In this document: one piece after another, positions 37,901 through 51,915 of the stretch
Layout of the letters: each line of letters begins with the position of its first letter
Position numbering within the stretch: position 1 is the stretch's first letter
Assembly: GCA_965112735.1 (NCBI GenBank)
Contig: OZ218953.1
Span: 2,914,001 to 2,978,000, forward strand
Source: Phaeosaccion multiseriatum
Lineage: Eukaryota; Protista; Ochrophyta, other classes
Length of the DNA: 64,000 bases
Reading direction: 5' to 3'
Translations under genes and position numbers: made by a program
Notes under the pieces: model-generated
Databases searched by the model: none
Told to the model about the DNA's origin: nothing
What the model saw: the letters and a program-made list of their open reading frames with translations, nothing else

Positions 37901-38398
37901 CACCGGGACGCCCTGGAAGAAGAAGAAGAAGAAGAAGAAGAAGGCACCTCTTCGGGGCTGGTTTGGAGCGTCACCTTTGCGGGAGAAAGCACCGACGGGT
38001 TCGGGTTCGATCCTCCGTCGCTCTTGCGCGTCGACGGCAGCACGTTGTACTCCACGGAGGGAAACGCGACGATCGCAGCCGCATGGCATGGCAGCGACGG
38101 TACTACTCGTGTTGGTAGCAGTGCAGGGGTGGACATTGACGCGCCTCTATACCTTCCCGATGTCGCCAGTGTGGACGATGTCTTCACCTTCACTGACTCT
38201 CCAGGGGCGGCCTACAGCGGCGAGTGGCTCCGAGCTGACGTGATGCGCATCACCGTGTCTGATGCGTCCGGGCACGGCGACGTGCGATGGGGGCAGACCT
38301 CCGTCCGTCAGAAGCGAGTGCTCATCAGCGAGGACGGCAAGTGGTACCCCAACCCTGACGTACTCTCTCCACCGCTTACCAACGGCACTGACTACTGA
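20799..38398 (+). CDS. Giant (~4000 aa) secreted Gly-rich repeat protein with PAN/Apple-like Cys modules and beta-strand-rich spacers
   Basis: Signal-peptide-like N-terminus then LQWIGASFGNWSEPSNWEP. Repeated GGGHGGxGG..YG...P...GSGGG..GGxGGGxV..L.L.G.ISA.G blocks. PAN-like segments SEDCAQLCLSTASCQGFDHSLALGLCLF (~21970) and SDCAAACL...CMSFIFSPLSETCSL (~26820). Exons: 20799-20960, 21054-21787, 21962-23757, 24031-25320, 25804-26314, 26717-27715, 28152-28326, 28616-28782, 29087-30038, 30310-30932, 31564-31664, 31950-33182, 33465-33650, 34459-38398 (needs +1 G in the run 34664-34670). Confidence 0.8.
27716..28115. repeat. Compound (TATG)n/(TCTG)n microsatellite filling an intron
   Basis: Directly visible; it starts at the GT donor. 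Confidence 0.95.
33928..34182. repeat. 27-bp minisatellite (ACACGCGTACCGAGGGGGTATGTGAAG) in about 9 perfect copies, intronic
   Basis: Directly visible and without spacers; degenerate tail to ~34222, followed by (GTATTGGTAT)n at ~34270-34355. Confidence 0.95.
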
Positions 38399-39459
38399 GC
38401 CACTGAGTTGAGCAACTGCATGGGTTGAGCCTGAGCACTTAGGGGTTGGCTTGAGGAGTGCTTTTTTTGGCGGTAGAGCGGACGAAGCGGCAGCTCTTTT
38501 CGTACTCGGGTCAGTCACTGTTGTGGACTAAGCGAGAGAAGAGGCGCCTCTGGTGCTAACACGGAGGGACTCAGCCTATGACCAAGGTCACCTCGCTCCC
38601 AGGCATCCAAGCAGGGAGGGTAAGTCAATGGGATGTTGGCATGTTCGCATGAACGTCCCCTCCCCTCCCCTGGCTACAACATGTAGACCGAGGGGAAGAT
38701 GGTCCAATCCCACCGCTCCAGCTCTATCATAGTAGCATAGTGCTTCAGAGCGAGCGAGTGAGGGGGCGGCGAAATGGAGAGAGTTGCAGCGCCCTCCCAT
38801 CTCGTGGATACGGTACTCTCTCACCCTACTACCGCTGCCAGCCACCCTGCCACACACAAGAGCACGCAGCAGGCAGCAGGCAGCAGAGGCAGCAGAGGCA
38901 GCAGAGGCAGCGAGTGCATTGGTAGAGCAAGGAGGATCGAACAGTGCAAAGTCCAAGGGTCTCTGCACGAGGGCCGATGGAAGCACCCAGCCACCACCCC
39001 TCCTTTCCAAAAAATGCACAACTTGAACTTTCTTTCCTACTGCAGAGCTCGAACGCCCTGATCCTAACGCTCTGTCTGTTGCATATCTACAGTTGTCGCA
39101 GTTCTTAACGTCCTGATCTTAACGCTGCTCTGTCTTTTGCATATGTACAGCGCTCTGTCTTTTGCGTATGTACAGCTGTCGCCTCTTCTCATGTCTCCCG
39201 TGCGCGGCGCTGGCGGCACTTACAGTTACAGTTAGTTCCTGCTCAGACGTGTTGTTGTGCGAATGGTGAGACCACGACCACTTGCGTCCCCAGCCGTCTC
39301 CGAGATGGTATGTGGCATGGACAGCACACGCACACACACACATACACACAAAGACACATGCACACACATATACACACATACACACACAGACACATACAGC
39401 CACACACACATAGACACACACACACGCACACACACACACACACACTCACACATACACAC

Positions 39460-41630
39460 GATGTAGGGCATGAACAATATCATCAAACGCTCTGGCGGGC
39501 TGACGGGCTTGGGGCTGTTCTGTACAGTAAGGGCCTTGACGACTGACCACCCCTTAACGACCGACACTGTCACTGGTGTATCAAGCACAGTCGCACAGTC
39601 GCACAGTGCCTCCAGGTGCATGATGTCCCGCGCGCAGGAGGCGCGAGAAAGAAGCGGGAAGCTGCATGCAGACTAAAGGCAGGGCGGTAAGTTTGGTAAG
39701 TTCGAGTTGTGCATTAGGAAAGAAAGTTCGAGTTGTGCGCATTAGGAGAGGATTGGTGTTGGCTGGATGCTTCCCTCGGCCCTCGCGCCATCAGCGGCGG
39801 GTGGAGGCCGTTCCACTTGGCAGCTGCGACGAGGACGCGCTGCATTTTAAAGCCTCTTCGCTCCCTCGCTGCCGTACGCTGCAGGAGCGAGCATCCCTTT
39901 CGGCCGGTGCGTTGGCTGTCGGTTCCCTCGCTGGGTTGGAGCAAGGCCGTAATTTCTGTATGCGCAATCATCTCGACCGCTCCGCGTTGTAGCTGCGAAG
40001 GGGGATACTCAAGCTCAAGATATCTTCTCAACTCGGTGCGCCTTGCCTCCTTGTCTCTAGAGTCGACGGAATCCCTCTCCCTTCTAACGAAAAGCCTGAG
40101 GGCTGAAGAAGCTGCGCACCAATCATTTCCTCCTCCCCCAGCAGAGAGTAGAGCAGAGAGTAGAGCAGACTCACGTCGCGGAGATCGACATGACATCCAA
40201 GCACGATCTTCCGCAGCAAGGAGGGAAGGCGCAAGGGCTGAAGAATCAAAGCCATCCCGAGACACCTGTCCGTTGTTGTGGAACCTGCCCTCTCTGCTTA
40301 GGCTGCCCAGCCTACTGTGGGATCACACAAGCATGGTTGGATGAAACTCCCTCATATGGGTGTACTCCCTCCGCATCAATGGCATTGGCGTCCCCGACAG
40401 GAGCCCCTGCACCCTCTGTCTCGATGTTGTCTTCAGAAGGGGTTGGGTGTGGCCACGATGCCCTTACGAAACTGTGTCAACTGCTACCATCGAGGGTGGC
40501 TCTTCGCAGCTTTGTATAGTGCGACGGGGTCGCCGGAGGTCCCCTGCTTGCTCTTTTGCGAAGCCAACTTGAGATTTTGCCTGGGAAGCCATGCAGCACA
40601 CAGAGAGAGCAAGGAGGCGAAGAGTGAGTAAAGGCGCGGGGTGGCTTGTTAGTGCTGCAAGTGCTGTGGTGGTAAGCTTACCTGATTGATCGGCGCAGAT
40701 CGTCTACCGATAACTCTGTCATGGGCACGCTCCGGCTTCTTCTGCTGCTGATGTTGGGGGTGGCGGTGGTGGTGGTGGTGGTGGTGCTGCTGCTGCTGCT
40801 TCTTTTAGTGCAGTCCGTTGCACGGCTGCCGGGAAGTGCACACCTGTCAGGACTTTCCTTTCGATTGCTCGTGCTCGTGCTCCTGCTCCTGCTGCTACTT
40901 AGTGAGCCATGAAGACCGGGCCTGCTCTCACTTCTCTGTCTGGACGGCAGGGAGTCTCTTCCATCCCCGACGCGCTCGGCAGCAGCACAGTTGTTAGGGG
41001 GTAATGCGTCGCTCCTCGGTTCTATCGGTAGAGGCAGGGGTAACGGTGTCTTGTGCCTCGAGCAGGGTACACGTTGTGCCCCGCCTTTCAGTGGTGAGGC
41101 CATTGGAACGGCAGCACCAAGAGAGTGTCTCCGAGCTGCACTCGCTGATGCGTGCTGCCCCTGCTGCTCCTGTTGCTGTTGCTGCTGCTGATTCTGCTGC
41201 TGCCGCTGCTGCAAGGAAACCCTTGGCGTAAGGACGTGGCGGCGGATCTGTGGAGGACTATTTCTCTGCTGCTGCTTCTGCGGCTGCCGCTGCTGCTGCT
41301 CCTGCTGCTGCTCCTGCTCCTGCTGATCCTCGTCGTAGCCACTCGAGGATGGCCCGAACAGAATGCTCGCAGCCTCACACCCATCATCACAGTCCATCTC
41401 TGCAAGAGAGGAAGAGGTTCAAGATGGCAGTTGGTGAGGCTACTTATCTGGCTAATAAGCCGTGTTCGGGAAATCAAGAGATCGTCCGGAGCACCAACAT
41501 CCTTCCCCCCTCTGAGATACACAATTCAAAAGAAGTATGGACAATGGGTGTTGGACACTCTGGGCAAAAACAAAACAAATGTAATGCCCCAACAGCTCAC
41601 GCGGCGGCGAAAGAACGTCTGGTGCCATCC
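39460..41630 (-). CDS. Multi-exon gene of unknown function with a Gln/Ser-rich N-terminal region; boundaries uncertain
   Basis: Long ORFs 40678-41397 (acceptor near 41399, donor GTAAG near 40680) and 39714-40265; possible further exon ~39462-39661. Confidence 0.45.
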
Positions 41631-41670
41631 ACTCGTGCCTAAAAGTAATTGCGGAGCATGATCAAAGCAC

Positions 41671-41746
41671 CCGGCGCGCGCTATCCGCTATCGGCCGGAT
41701 CGCCGGCGCGCTATCGAGAAAGTGGGCGATAGCGTGTCAGGGGTCG
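41671..41746. repeat. Partial copy of the GCTATCC dispersed repeat
   Basis: ccggcgcgcgctatccgctatcggccgg...gcgcgctatcgagaaagtgggcgatagcgtgtcaggggtcga matches 51709-51815. Confidence 0.75.
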
Positions 41747-42302
41747 ATTGAAGAGAGAGAGCAGAGCAGCGCAATATACAAATCCATTCCCTTACCACAC
41801 AGTAGCGGCTATAACTATTCTCAAGGCGGCCCGCGAAAAAGTCGTCGCATGCCAGACTGGGCACGCCTTTTAACCCCCTGCTCTTCCTCCTCCTCCTCCT
41901 CCTACACACGTCTATACGGCCTGGCGCCGCGCCACACCGTCCCCCTCATCCGTCCCGCCCGAGGCCACGGTGGGACCCTATTAATCGCGAGCACCGCCTG
42001 GTCGGTCTTCGTCGGCAACCCTCATTTTCTCAAGAAGAATCACCCGCGCCCCTCCCCGACCGCGAACAAAACACTCTCCGGTACAAACTCCCCTTTGCCT
42101 CCCTGTGTTGGTCCAAAAAGCCATTTTGTAAAAGCCCCCATCTTCCCACGAGCTCCATGTGCGTCATGCTTGCAAGAGGCTTGCAATCAGAGGTCTCAAC
42201 GCAAGCCTGCGCCAGAAGCCTCGTGAGCTGTGAGTCAGTCAAGAAGCGGTGCACCCCCTCCCTTCGTTCCCTTCTTCCTTGCTTCCTCTCCTTAGCGGCG
42301 AC

Positions 42303-43918
<1,616 letters not shown>

Positions 43919-44301
43919 CTTCCCCTCTTCTCTCCCTCTCTGCTGCCTCGCCTGTCCCTCAGAGAAAGCGAAAAGGAAGCACTTCTCTTTGCAAGTTTTC
44001 GCGCCGCTCAGCACGGTCCCTCGCACGGAGTCCCTTCCTCTACAACAAGGAAAGGGGGGCAGTTATTTGCCACTCGCCCGTCCTCTACCAGCTCAACGGA
44101 GAGTCGCCTCACGAGGAAATCACGAGTGCGTGAAAACCCCAGGGGCTCAATGTCGATCTGCGACAACATTTATCGATTACTTCGACATTCGCGCAATTCT
44201 CTTGCTTTTCTCTTGCACCCTCTCCAATAGAGCGCCTTGCTCTGCCTGTGGGCGGTGTCGTAAGGTTCGCGTCTCTGCAGTGTGCCGTGGTGAAGGTAGC
44301 C

Positions 44302-46187
44302 ATGGCCGCGTTCGGAGATCAGAGTGCGAAAGCGCTTGCATTCATCGCGGAGGGAGACAAAATACTTGGCAAGTGGTTAGGCTCGAGACAAAGCAAGCAG
44401 GAGGACGCGGCAGAGCTCTACGGCAAGGCCGCCAACTGCTACAAGGTGGGAGTTCAGAAGCACGGGAGGAACGGTGGTGGAGGCTGTTGCCTGAGAAGAA
44501 GCATGAGGGGAGAGCAGGACGGTGGGTCCTAGGTACAAAAATCTCTTTCCCCCCCCCCCGTTCTCTAACCGACTGACAGCTATCACAGGCGCTGGCGTGG
44601 GGTAGTCTGAAGAGAGTGGCGCTCTGTCGGTGGAATCGTATCTTCTCCACTGAGGGTGGCCCTGTGGTGCCTCCCTTCATGACGTGTCCTCCAATCGATC
44701 GACCTCCGCTCACCACCCCGCGACGACCCGCATCTCTGCACCCTACAATGTCATCGTACAACACCCACACCCACGCAGGTATCGCAAAAGTGGAAGGATG
44801 CAGGAGACACGTACTCCAAGGCTGCCGACATGCACCAGAAGAGCGGCTCCCAGTTCGAGGCGGCCTCGTCCTACTCCGAGGCGGGCAAGGCCCACAAGCG
44901 CGTAGACCCGGTGGCCGCCATCACCGCCTTTAGACACGCCATCTCGCTGTACTCAGACGCAGGCCGCTTTATGTCGGCGGCCAAACTGCAAGTAGAGGTG
45001 AGGGGTGGTACTCTCTCTTGATCTGACTGATGTAAAGTCTCCCTCCTGAAGCACTGAAGCACCATACCATGAGACTGAGAGCAGTACGTGCATGGATCTC
45101 CTCTTGGTTTTGAGTCGGACCGGTAGGTTAAAGGCCTTGCTTGGGAATGTAATGTGGCCTGTCCCTCCGTGTTTTGCCTTTGCAGGTGGCGGACATTTTC
45201 AAGGAGGACGGAAACACCGCGGGGGCCATCGAGTCGTACCAAGCGGCAGCAGACTTCTACGCAGGAGAGAACAACAAACAGGTGCGCTCCCGAGGCCGCC
45301 TGGAGGTGTCGTCCAGAGAGAGGATCACTCCATACATCCATGCCTCCTTTTGCCACTGGCGGAATACGGGGTATTTGTGCAGTCAGAAAGAGGTTTGACT
45401 AGCGGTACCAGCCGTGCTCTCCTCTCTCTCTCTTTCTGTCTGTCTGTCTGTCTCTCTCCCTCTCTAACTTGTCCCCTCCCTTCCCCTCCCCTCCCCTTGC
45501 GCAGCACTCGAACAAGTGCCTGCGCGAGATAGCCATGCTTCGCTCCACAGGCGAGCCTCCCGACTACCTGGGAGCCGCCGACATCTTCGAGCAGCTCGGC
45601 CGCAGCGACGTGCAGGAGCCGCTGCTCAGGATGAACGCAAAGGGCAACTTTTTACAGGTACGGCACGGGATAGGGCGCTCGTCCTCTCTGCCTCTCTCTA
45701 TGGAGGGGGTGGGGAGAAGAGGGGTTAAATTCAGCGCTGTGACCTCCCTCTCCACTCTCCCTCTATTGTGCTCACTCCTTCGCGGTTGCTTGGCTCCTCC
45801 TCACTCGCCTGCCTTAGCCCACCTACCGCTGCGTGCCCCGCCGCTTCCTCACCTCTCGTCCCTCTGTTGCGTCCCTCCTACGTACTGCTTCCTTAGGCTG
45901 CCTTCTGCCTGTTGGCGGCGGGCGACTCTGTTGCAGTGCGACAGAAGCTTGACGCATTCAAGGGCATGGACTACACCTTTGACGGCTCAAGAGAGGGGAA
46001 TTTAGTGGAGGCATTGGTGACCGCCTACGAAAGTGGGGATGGGGAGGCTTTCAGCCAAGCGGCCTTTGAGTTTGACCAAATCACAAAACTGGACCCTTGG
46101 AAAACGAGCCTACTGCTGGTGTGCAAGCGGGCCATTGAGGGAGGAGGGGGCGGGGACGTGGGTGGGGATGACGTTGATTTAACGTAA
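44302..46187 (+). CDS. NAPA: Alpha-soluble NSF attachment protein (alpha-SNAP/Sec17)
   Basis: Exons 44302-44445, 44779-44997, 45186-45281, 45505-45657, 45897-46187; motifs EDAAELYGKAANCYK, GRFMSAAK, YQAAADFYAGE, FDGSREG, FDQITKLDPWKTSLLL, C-terminal DDVDLT. Confidence 0.95.
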
Positions 46188-47241
46188 GACAGAGAGAGAG
46201 CAGCTCTCTTTTTTTAAAATTTATAAATGTATGTACATAGAACTGCACACACGCTTACCTTAGCTAAGTATCACCGCGTCATCTATCTGTTTTTGGTGCT
46301 GCAGCTGAAGCCATGAAAGCCATCGTACGGTACGCCCAAAGAAAGGGTTCTTCTGGGCTGGGCTCCCCCCTAAACGTGGGGAGCTATGGGTGGGTGGGGA
46401 TGTATGCACCGACACAGAGTCGCACCCAAGTGATGTGTGGGGTCAGGCTCCAGCCCCCAACCTTTGATGAGAAGACGGCCTTGTGAATGTATTGTTGGCT
46501 CGCGGTTGTGGGCCCGTTCTTGACGTAACGCAGGGCTGGACCGTTCCAAACGGTTGGAATGGGGTACTTTAATTAAGGTTTAGGCTGCCACTCTTGCTGC
46601 CTCCCTCCACGGGATTGCGCGCTGCGCGAGAATACAAGAGCAGAGCGCCTGCTGCTGATGTCAGTCCAGGAAGAGCACATCGCCTTCTCCTGACTCCTGA
46701 CCCTGGGGGGCAATACCACATGTGTGTGTGTGTGTGTATGTCCCCTTCGGCCTGCCCACACAGCAGTAGTAGTAGTAGCACACGCTTCGCTGGTGAGGAC
46801 AGGGCAGAAGTGTTCGTAATAGACAGATGATGGATACCCAAAGATGCCCTGCTACAAACAGCGTTGGGGTTGAAAAGTGATAAGTGTATGTGGTGAATGG
46901 TGAGGAAGCTCCTCCACATTCGCTCGCTCGCCCCTCTGCTCTCGCCAAAGGCTGCATCCACGAGTGTATTCTAGGGCCAGCTCCGAGAAACCGGGTTGCC
47001 TTTCCTGTCCTGTCCAAGGCTGCGCGTCAATAGCAGCAGCAGCAGAAGCATCGCATAGGGGTTCAAAAGCGCTGCGAATGTCCTCTCCTCCATGGACTTG
47101 GGAGCCGCTCTCTCTCATCCTCCAGCCTGCCCTCCCCCCTTGCTCTTCTTCGCTTCACACGCGATGCTTGTTTACTGTCCTTCTCGTCTGCGCATGTGTT
47201 GCGTCCGTCCAGTTCAAATCTCCCATTTGCTTCCTGCTTCC

Positions 47242-48901
47242 TTAACCCAGAGTGAAGGTCGATGCGCCACCGGGGGGGTTGTGGATCCTCGTAGAGGAAC
47301 GGTCTGTGTGTGTGTGTGGAGCGCGCAGGGAAAATGACCAGCGAAAGAGGGGACATAATCACGTGAGTCAACAGTGCCCAATGCCCCTGCCACCGACCGC
47401 ACTTTCATTCGCAAGCAACGCACAGCGTGGCCGCATCCTCTCTACCCTCTCGCTCTGTTACCTGTGATGAAGTTTCCTGAGTTCTGATTAGCTCCGTTGG
47501 CAAACACGTTACTGGACACGCTCCCCCCGCCATAGCTCTGCCCCTGCCCCTGCTCCTGCTTCTGCTGCTGCTGCTGCAGCATCTGGGTCCCCACGGCCGC
47601 CACCGGAGCAGCCACCTCGTCGGGGAAGGTGCCCTGTGCAGAGTCCGCTCGGGGTGGAGGCATGACGCGCGCTTTTGGGGTGTCGTCCTGAGGATACCCT
47701 CCGATGCTGAAGCTGGACTTGCCTCCCGGGGGGGCGTGCACCCTTGTGCTAGACCTGCCGGGGGGAGGGAGATAGGAGGGAGCCCAAAGGGGTTTGGTTG
47801 GTGCCTGTCTACGTTCGAGAGGGTGAAGAACGCTGCGTAGAGGCAGAGCCCAACCCACCCGTTGCACACCCTTGTATCACTAATGCTCGGTTCGTCCAAT
47901 GTCCCCCTCTGTTCTTGCTCACCTTTCCGTGAGCACGTTTCCGGCGTTCTGGTTGGTACCAGACGCGAACGAGTTGGACGAGACGCTGCCGCTCTGCTCG
48001 CTCACGGCGACGGCAGCCGCAGCAGCCTGCGCAGCCGCCTCCTCCTCCGTGACTACGACCTCCATCCATTGCTGGGTCCGGCGGTTCCACACTGAGCAAG
48101 GCGAGAGAGGGAGAGAGAGGGGCGGAGGGGGGGGGGAGGGGGGGAGGTGAGTTCAGGGCATCCTTATTGTGAAGGGCGGGTGGGAGAGCGTGGGCATATT
48201 CATGTTTACGGAAAGCAAAGCAGAGGAGCACAGTCCAGCGCTGAGAGTGTTAAGATGACGGGGGGTAGGGAGGGGGGAGGTGGCCCACAGAGGGGCCTGA
48301 GGGGGTTGAGGCAGGCAAGATAAGAACAGCCAGGACGGGGGGCTTTGTAATAGCGACTGCGACAGAGATCGAGGGAGGGAGGATGCACGGAGGAGGAGCA
48401 AGGCTGGCAGACTTGGAATATTGGGGAGGTCCACAGAGAGGCACGGAAAAGCCAACGGACCCCCGGCGTCCACCATCAAGGCCAGTACTGATCAGCGTAC
48501 GCTCCAACGCGCACAGCTATAGGTGGGCTAGGCGCTGTGCAGGGAAGCTGAACCAGCACTCCCCTCCCGTCGCTGCCGCCCACCAGTCACATGTTCCCCA
48601 CGTGGGCGCTTATCGTGGCATCTACTGAAGAATACAAACAGGCAGAGCTTCCTACCGATACTTCGCCGAGTCCACCCAGCTCCACTGTGCCCCCCTTAGA
48701 GCGTTTCATCACCGAGCGCTTTGTCCTCTCCCTCTCCGGTCCCCCCGTGGCCGCTGTTCCTTGGGCCCTTCCGGCTCTCTCTCTCTCTCTCTCTCTGTCC
48801 CTCTCCTCCGCCTTTCCCTCACCTCGCTTCACGCCAGCACCGCCGTTCTGTTGAGGCTCCTCATTGCCGAAGATGGAGGACTGCGAGGTACGAGTTGACA
48901 T
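47242..48901 (-). CDS. SPIRAL1/HN1-like microtubule-associated repeat protein
   Basis: Two copies of SSN(S/V)FA(S/N)G(T/A)NQN(A/S)GN(V/F)(L/I)T(E/D)RSSTR(V/I)H(A/N)PPGG(K/A)S(S/T)F(S/T)(I/L)G across exons ~48090-47923, 47754-47461, 47303-47242; likely start MSTRTSQSSIFG at 48901; internal 5' exons uncertain. Confidence 0.7.
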
Positions 48902-49388
48902 GGTAGCTGCTCCTTCTTTTGTGTGTTTATGTTTATGGTGTCTCCCCTTTTATAATTTGTGGGGAGCTCTGAGGGTTAACGCCTACCCACGGGAGAGGGA
49001 GACGCGAAAGTCAGTGCTAAATTCCAACGGATTTGAAGGCGAAAAGAGAGAGAGTGATAAAGCTAACTCTCGTCATGGTGTGCTTGTTGATACCACAGCA
49101 GGCGAAGCTGTCAGCGAGATACTCTATTCGTTTTAAGTATGGAAAAGAGGAAGTTTGGCAAGGAAAGGAAGAAGGAGGAAGAGAGAAAATTTGGGGGTAG
49201 CAGGCTAGCTCACGTCTGCGGTGTAGCTAGCACGCACGCCGGGCGTAGCAGGTAGCAGATAGCACGGCAGGGGTCGAAGAAAAGTCAACAAGAGGAACTG
49301 CGATTGCCTGCAGTGTAAAAATGAGTGAGTAGGATATATGGTTGAGATTTGACGAGCTCTCTGTGATTGGAGCTTCCTCAGCAGGCTC

Positions 49389-49740
49389 TCACGGCTTCCG
49401 CACTGAGAGGTGTATCCGAGGCAGGTGGTACCACATGTCCGTGGGCCGCAGAGTGTCGCTCAGCGTGCTGGCGTGCATGCGCTCGTTGGCCTCTTCGATC
49501 TCCCCGTGGCAGTCATGCCACAAGCCTGTCGTAAAGCGAGATGGATGCACACACACACACACACACACGCACGTGCACACATAGACGGCGGGAGAAGGTG
49601 AGAGAGTGTGTGGGAGAGCGGGACCAGAAGAGAGGGTGAGAGAGAGAGAGGAAACAGAGAGAGAGCGAGACAGAGAGAGACAGAGAGAGAGAGAGAGAGA
49701 AGAGAGAGAGCGAGACAGAGAGAGAGAGAGAGAGAGAGAG

Positions 49741-49779
<39 letters not shown>

Positions 49780-49976
49780 GTGAAGAGAGAGAGAGAGGAG
49801 GGGGGGGGGGGCGACAGAGAGAATAATATGGTGGTCTTCCTTCCTTCCTTACCCAAGTAGAAGTTGGCCAAAGCCTGGTAGCTCAAGTAGTCCCTCTTCT
49901 CTTCCCGCTTGCTCATGGTAAGAATGCCCTCCACCTCCTCGTAGCTCCCCTCGCCGTGGAAAAGCTGCACTCCAAG

Positions 49977-50038
<62 letters not shown>

Positions 50039-50176
50039 TGGGGGTGAGAGGGAAAGAGGGAAAGAGAGCAAGGGGAGGTGTTGAGTGCTGAGGAGCGAGT
50101 CAAGAGGGCGGCCTTTGTCTCTCTCGGGTCGGGGCATGGGAGAGAGCACGAACGTGATAACGGCCGCCCGGGTCCC

Positions 50177-50213
<37 letters not shown>

Positions 50214-51547
50214 TCCCCCAGCAAACACACGCAAGTACAAGACCCACATACACCCTATACCCACCCACAAAGCACAAAAAAGGGAAGGACCCAAAGACCC
50301 TCTCACCTGGCACGCCCTCCGAATGACGGGGTGGCCTATCTTCTTGTCCATGAGTGCGAGTGCGTCCTGCCCCCCCTCCCCATTCACGTCCTTGCCCAGC
50401 TGCATCCGGCACGCCGCCCTCCAGATGCGCTCCTCAGAGGCCGCCTCGCCCAAGTTAGACTCGAAGAAGTTAACGTCTCTGGTGAATTGCTCCTCCGCCT
50501 CCTCCATGCGCCCCATGTAGTAGAGGATGAGTCCGCGTTGCCACACGTAGGACTCGTCCCCCCTTAGTGAGGAAGGAGAGGCGAGGGAGGCGAGGGGAGG
50601 GGAGGGAGGACGAGCGATGGCGAAGGGAGAGAGAGGGGTGCCGAGGAAGCAACGGGTTACACAGCAGAAGGGGGGGAGGGGGGGGGGGGTCTCTTACACA
50701 AGGTTGCAACCCATCGAGGTTGTGTGAGAGTTGAATGCACGACAGTGAGCGAGACTATTGATGGCGGAGAGAAGGGAAGGACGAAACAAAATCAGGCGCA
50801 AAAGTACCCAACCAATCCAAATACAATCACTGCACTACTACTCACTGCAGTTCGAGTACTTTGTCGAAGGCGATGAGGGCGTCGTCCAGCTGCTTCATGC
50901 GGAACAGCTCCATCCCGATGGCCCGCTGGCGCTCAGCCTCCCTCTCCTCGGGCGTGAGCGAGTTCATGTACTGCTCCTGCAGCTCCGCCATGTACGCATC
51001 TTCCTCCCGCTTTATCGTCTCCTTGTTCTCGGGAGTCACGCATAGCCTTGTGGCGGCCCGGGACCTGCCAACCATCACCCCTCTCCCACCCACGCCGCTC
51101 ATCCTGCTGCTGCTGCTGCTGCTGCTGCTTGTCATTGCTCTGCTTCTCGTGCGCCTTCTCCTATGGCTACTACTCCTGCTGCTACTGTTGTGTATGTTGC
51201 CCGAGCTGCAGTCGCAGCTGCGGCTGCTGCTAGAGGCAGGGGACGGACGAACCAAGTTAAAGACACGACAGTAACAGCGTGGCGGTAAGAGAAAGAGTAC
51301 GAGTACTATCGCTACTGGTCCCCCCTATTGCACGCCAAAATATCACACCCTTCCTCTCCGAAGCAATTGCAGTAGCTGCCACGCTGGGGGGGTAAACCAT
51401 CACTCACCGCGTAGCTGCCGCACCATATCCACGGCTGGAAGCAGCAGCCGCCGGGGCCACGTAGAAACCGCATGCTTGTTGGAGGATATAGCAGCAAGTC
51501 AACCCCAGCAGCGCAACAGCGGCAGAGCCGTAATTCCACGCGAGCAT
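49389..51547 (-). CDS. TPR-domain protein, probably plastid-targeted
   Basis: Start MLAWNYGSAAVALLGLTCCYILQQACG-FYV (signal peptide followed by Phe). Exons encode GMELFRMKQLDDALIAFDKVLEL, YVWQRGLILYYMGRMEEAEEQFTRDV..EERIWRAAC, YLSYQALANFYLGLWHD, DMWYHLPRIHLSVRKP*. Confidence 0.75.
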
Positions 51548-51654
51548 GGTACTATGCAAGGGTTAGAGAAGGGAAGAGATGAAAGGAGGAATCCATCTAT
51601 CCCTTGAGTGCCATCTTTTCCATACGCCTGCTTTTCTTCGGCGGCACGCCCCCA

Positions 51655-51915
51655 CTCCGGCGCCAGCCGGCTTTGGGGGGGGGGGAAGGGGGGCGTGCTA
51701 TCCGCCAGCCGGCGCGCTATCCGCTATCGGCCGGCGCCAGCCGGCACGCTATCCGCTATCGCCGGGGCCCGATAGCGCGCTATCGAGAATGTGGCGATAG
51801 TGTATCAGGGGTCGACCCCACAACCCCCCCGACACCCCCCCTAAAGCCGGCTCACGCTGGCGATTGCAGATAGCGCGCCGGCTGGCGCCGGCGATAGCGG
51901 ATAGCGGATAGCGCC
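51655..51915. mobile_element. Palindromic intergenic repeat (MITE-like) built from GCTATCC/GCCGGC motifs
   Basis: The 51709-51750 arm is the near reverse complement of 51870-51914; a homologous partial copy lies at 41671-41746. Confidence 0.5.
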
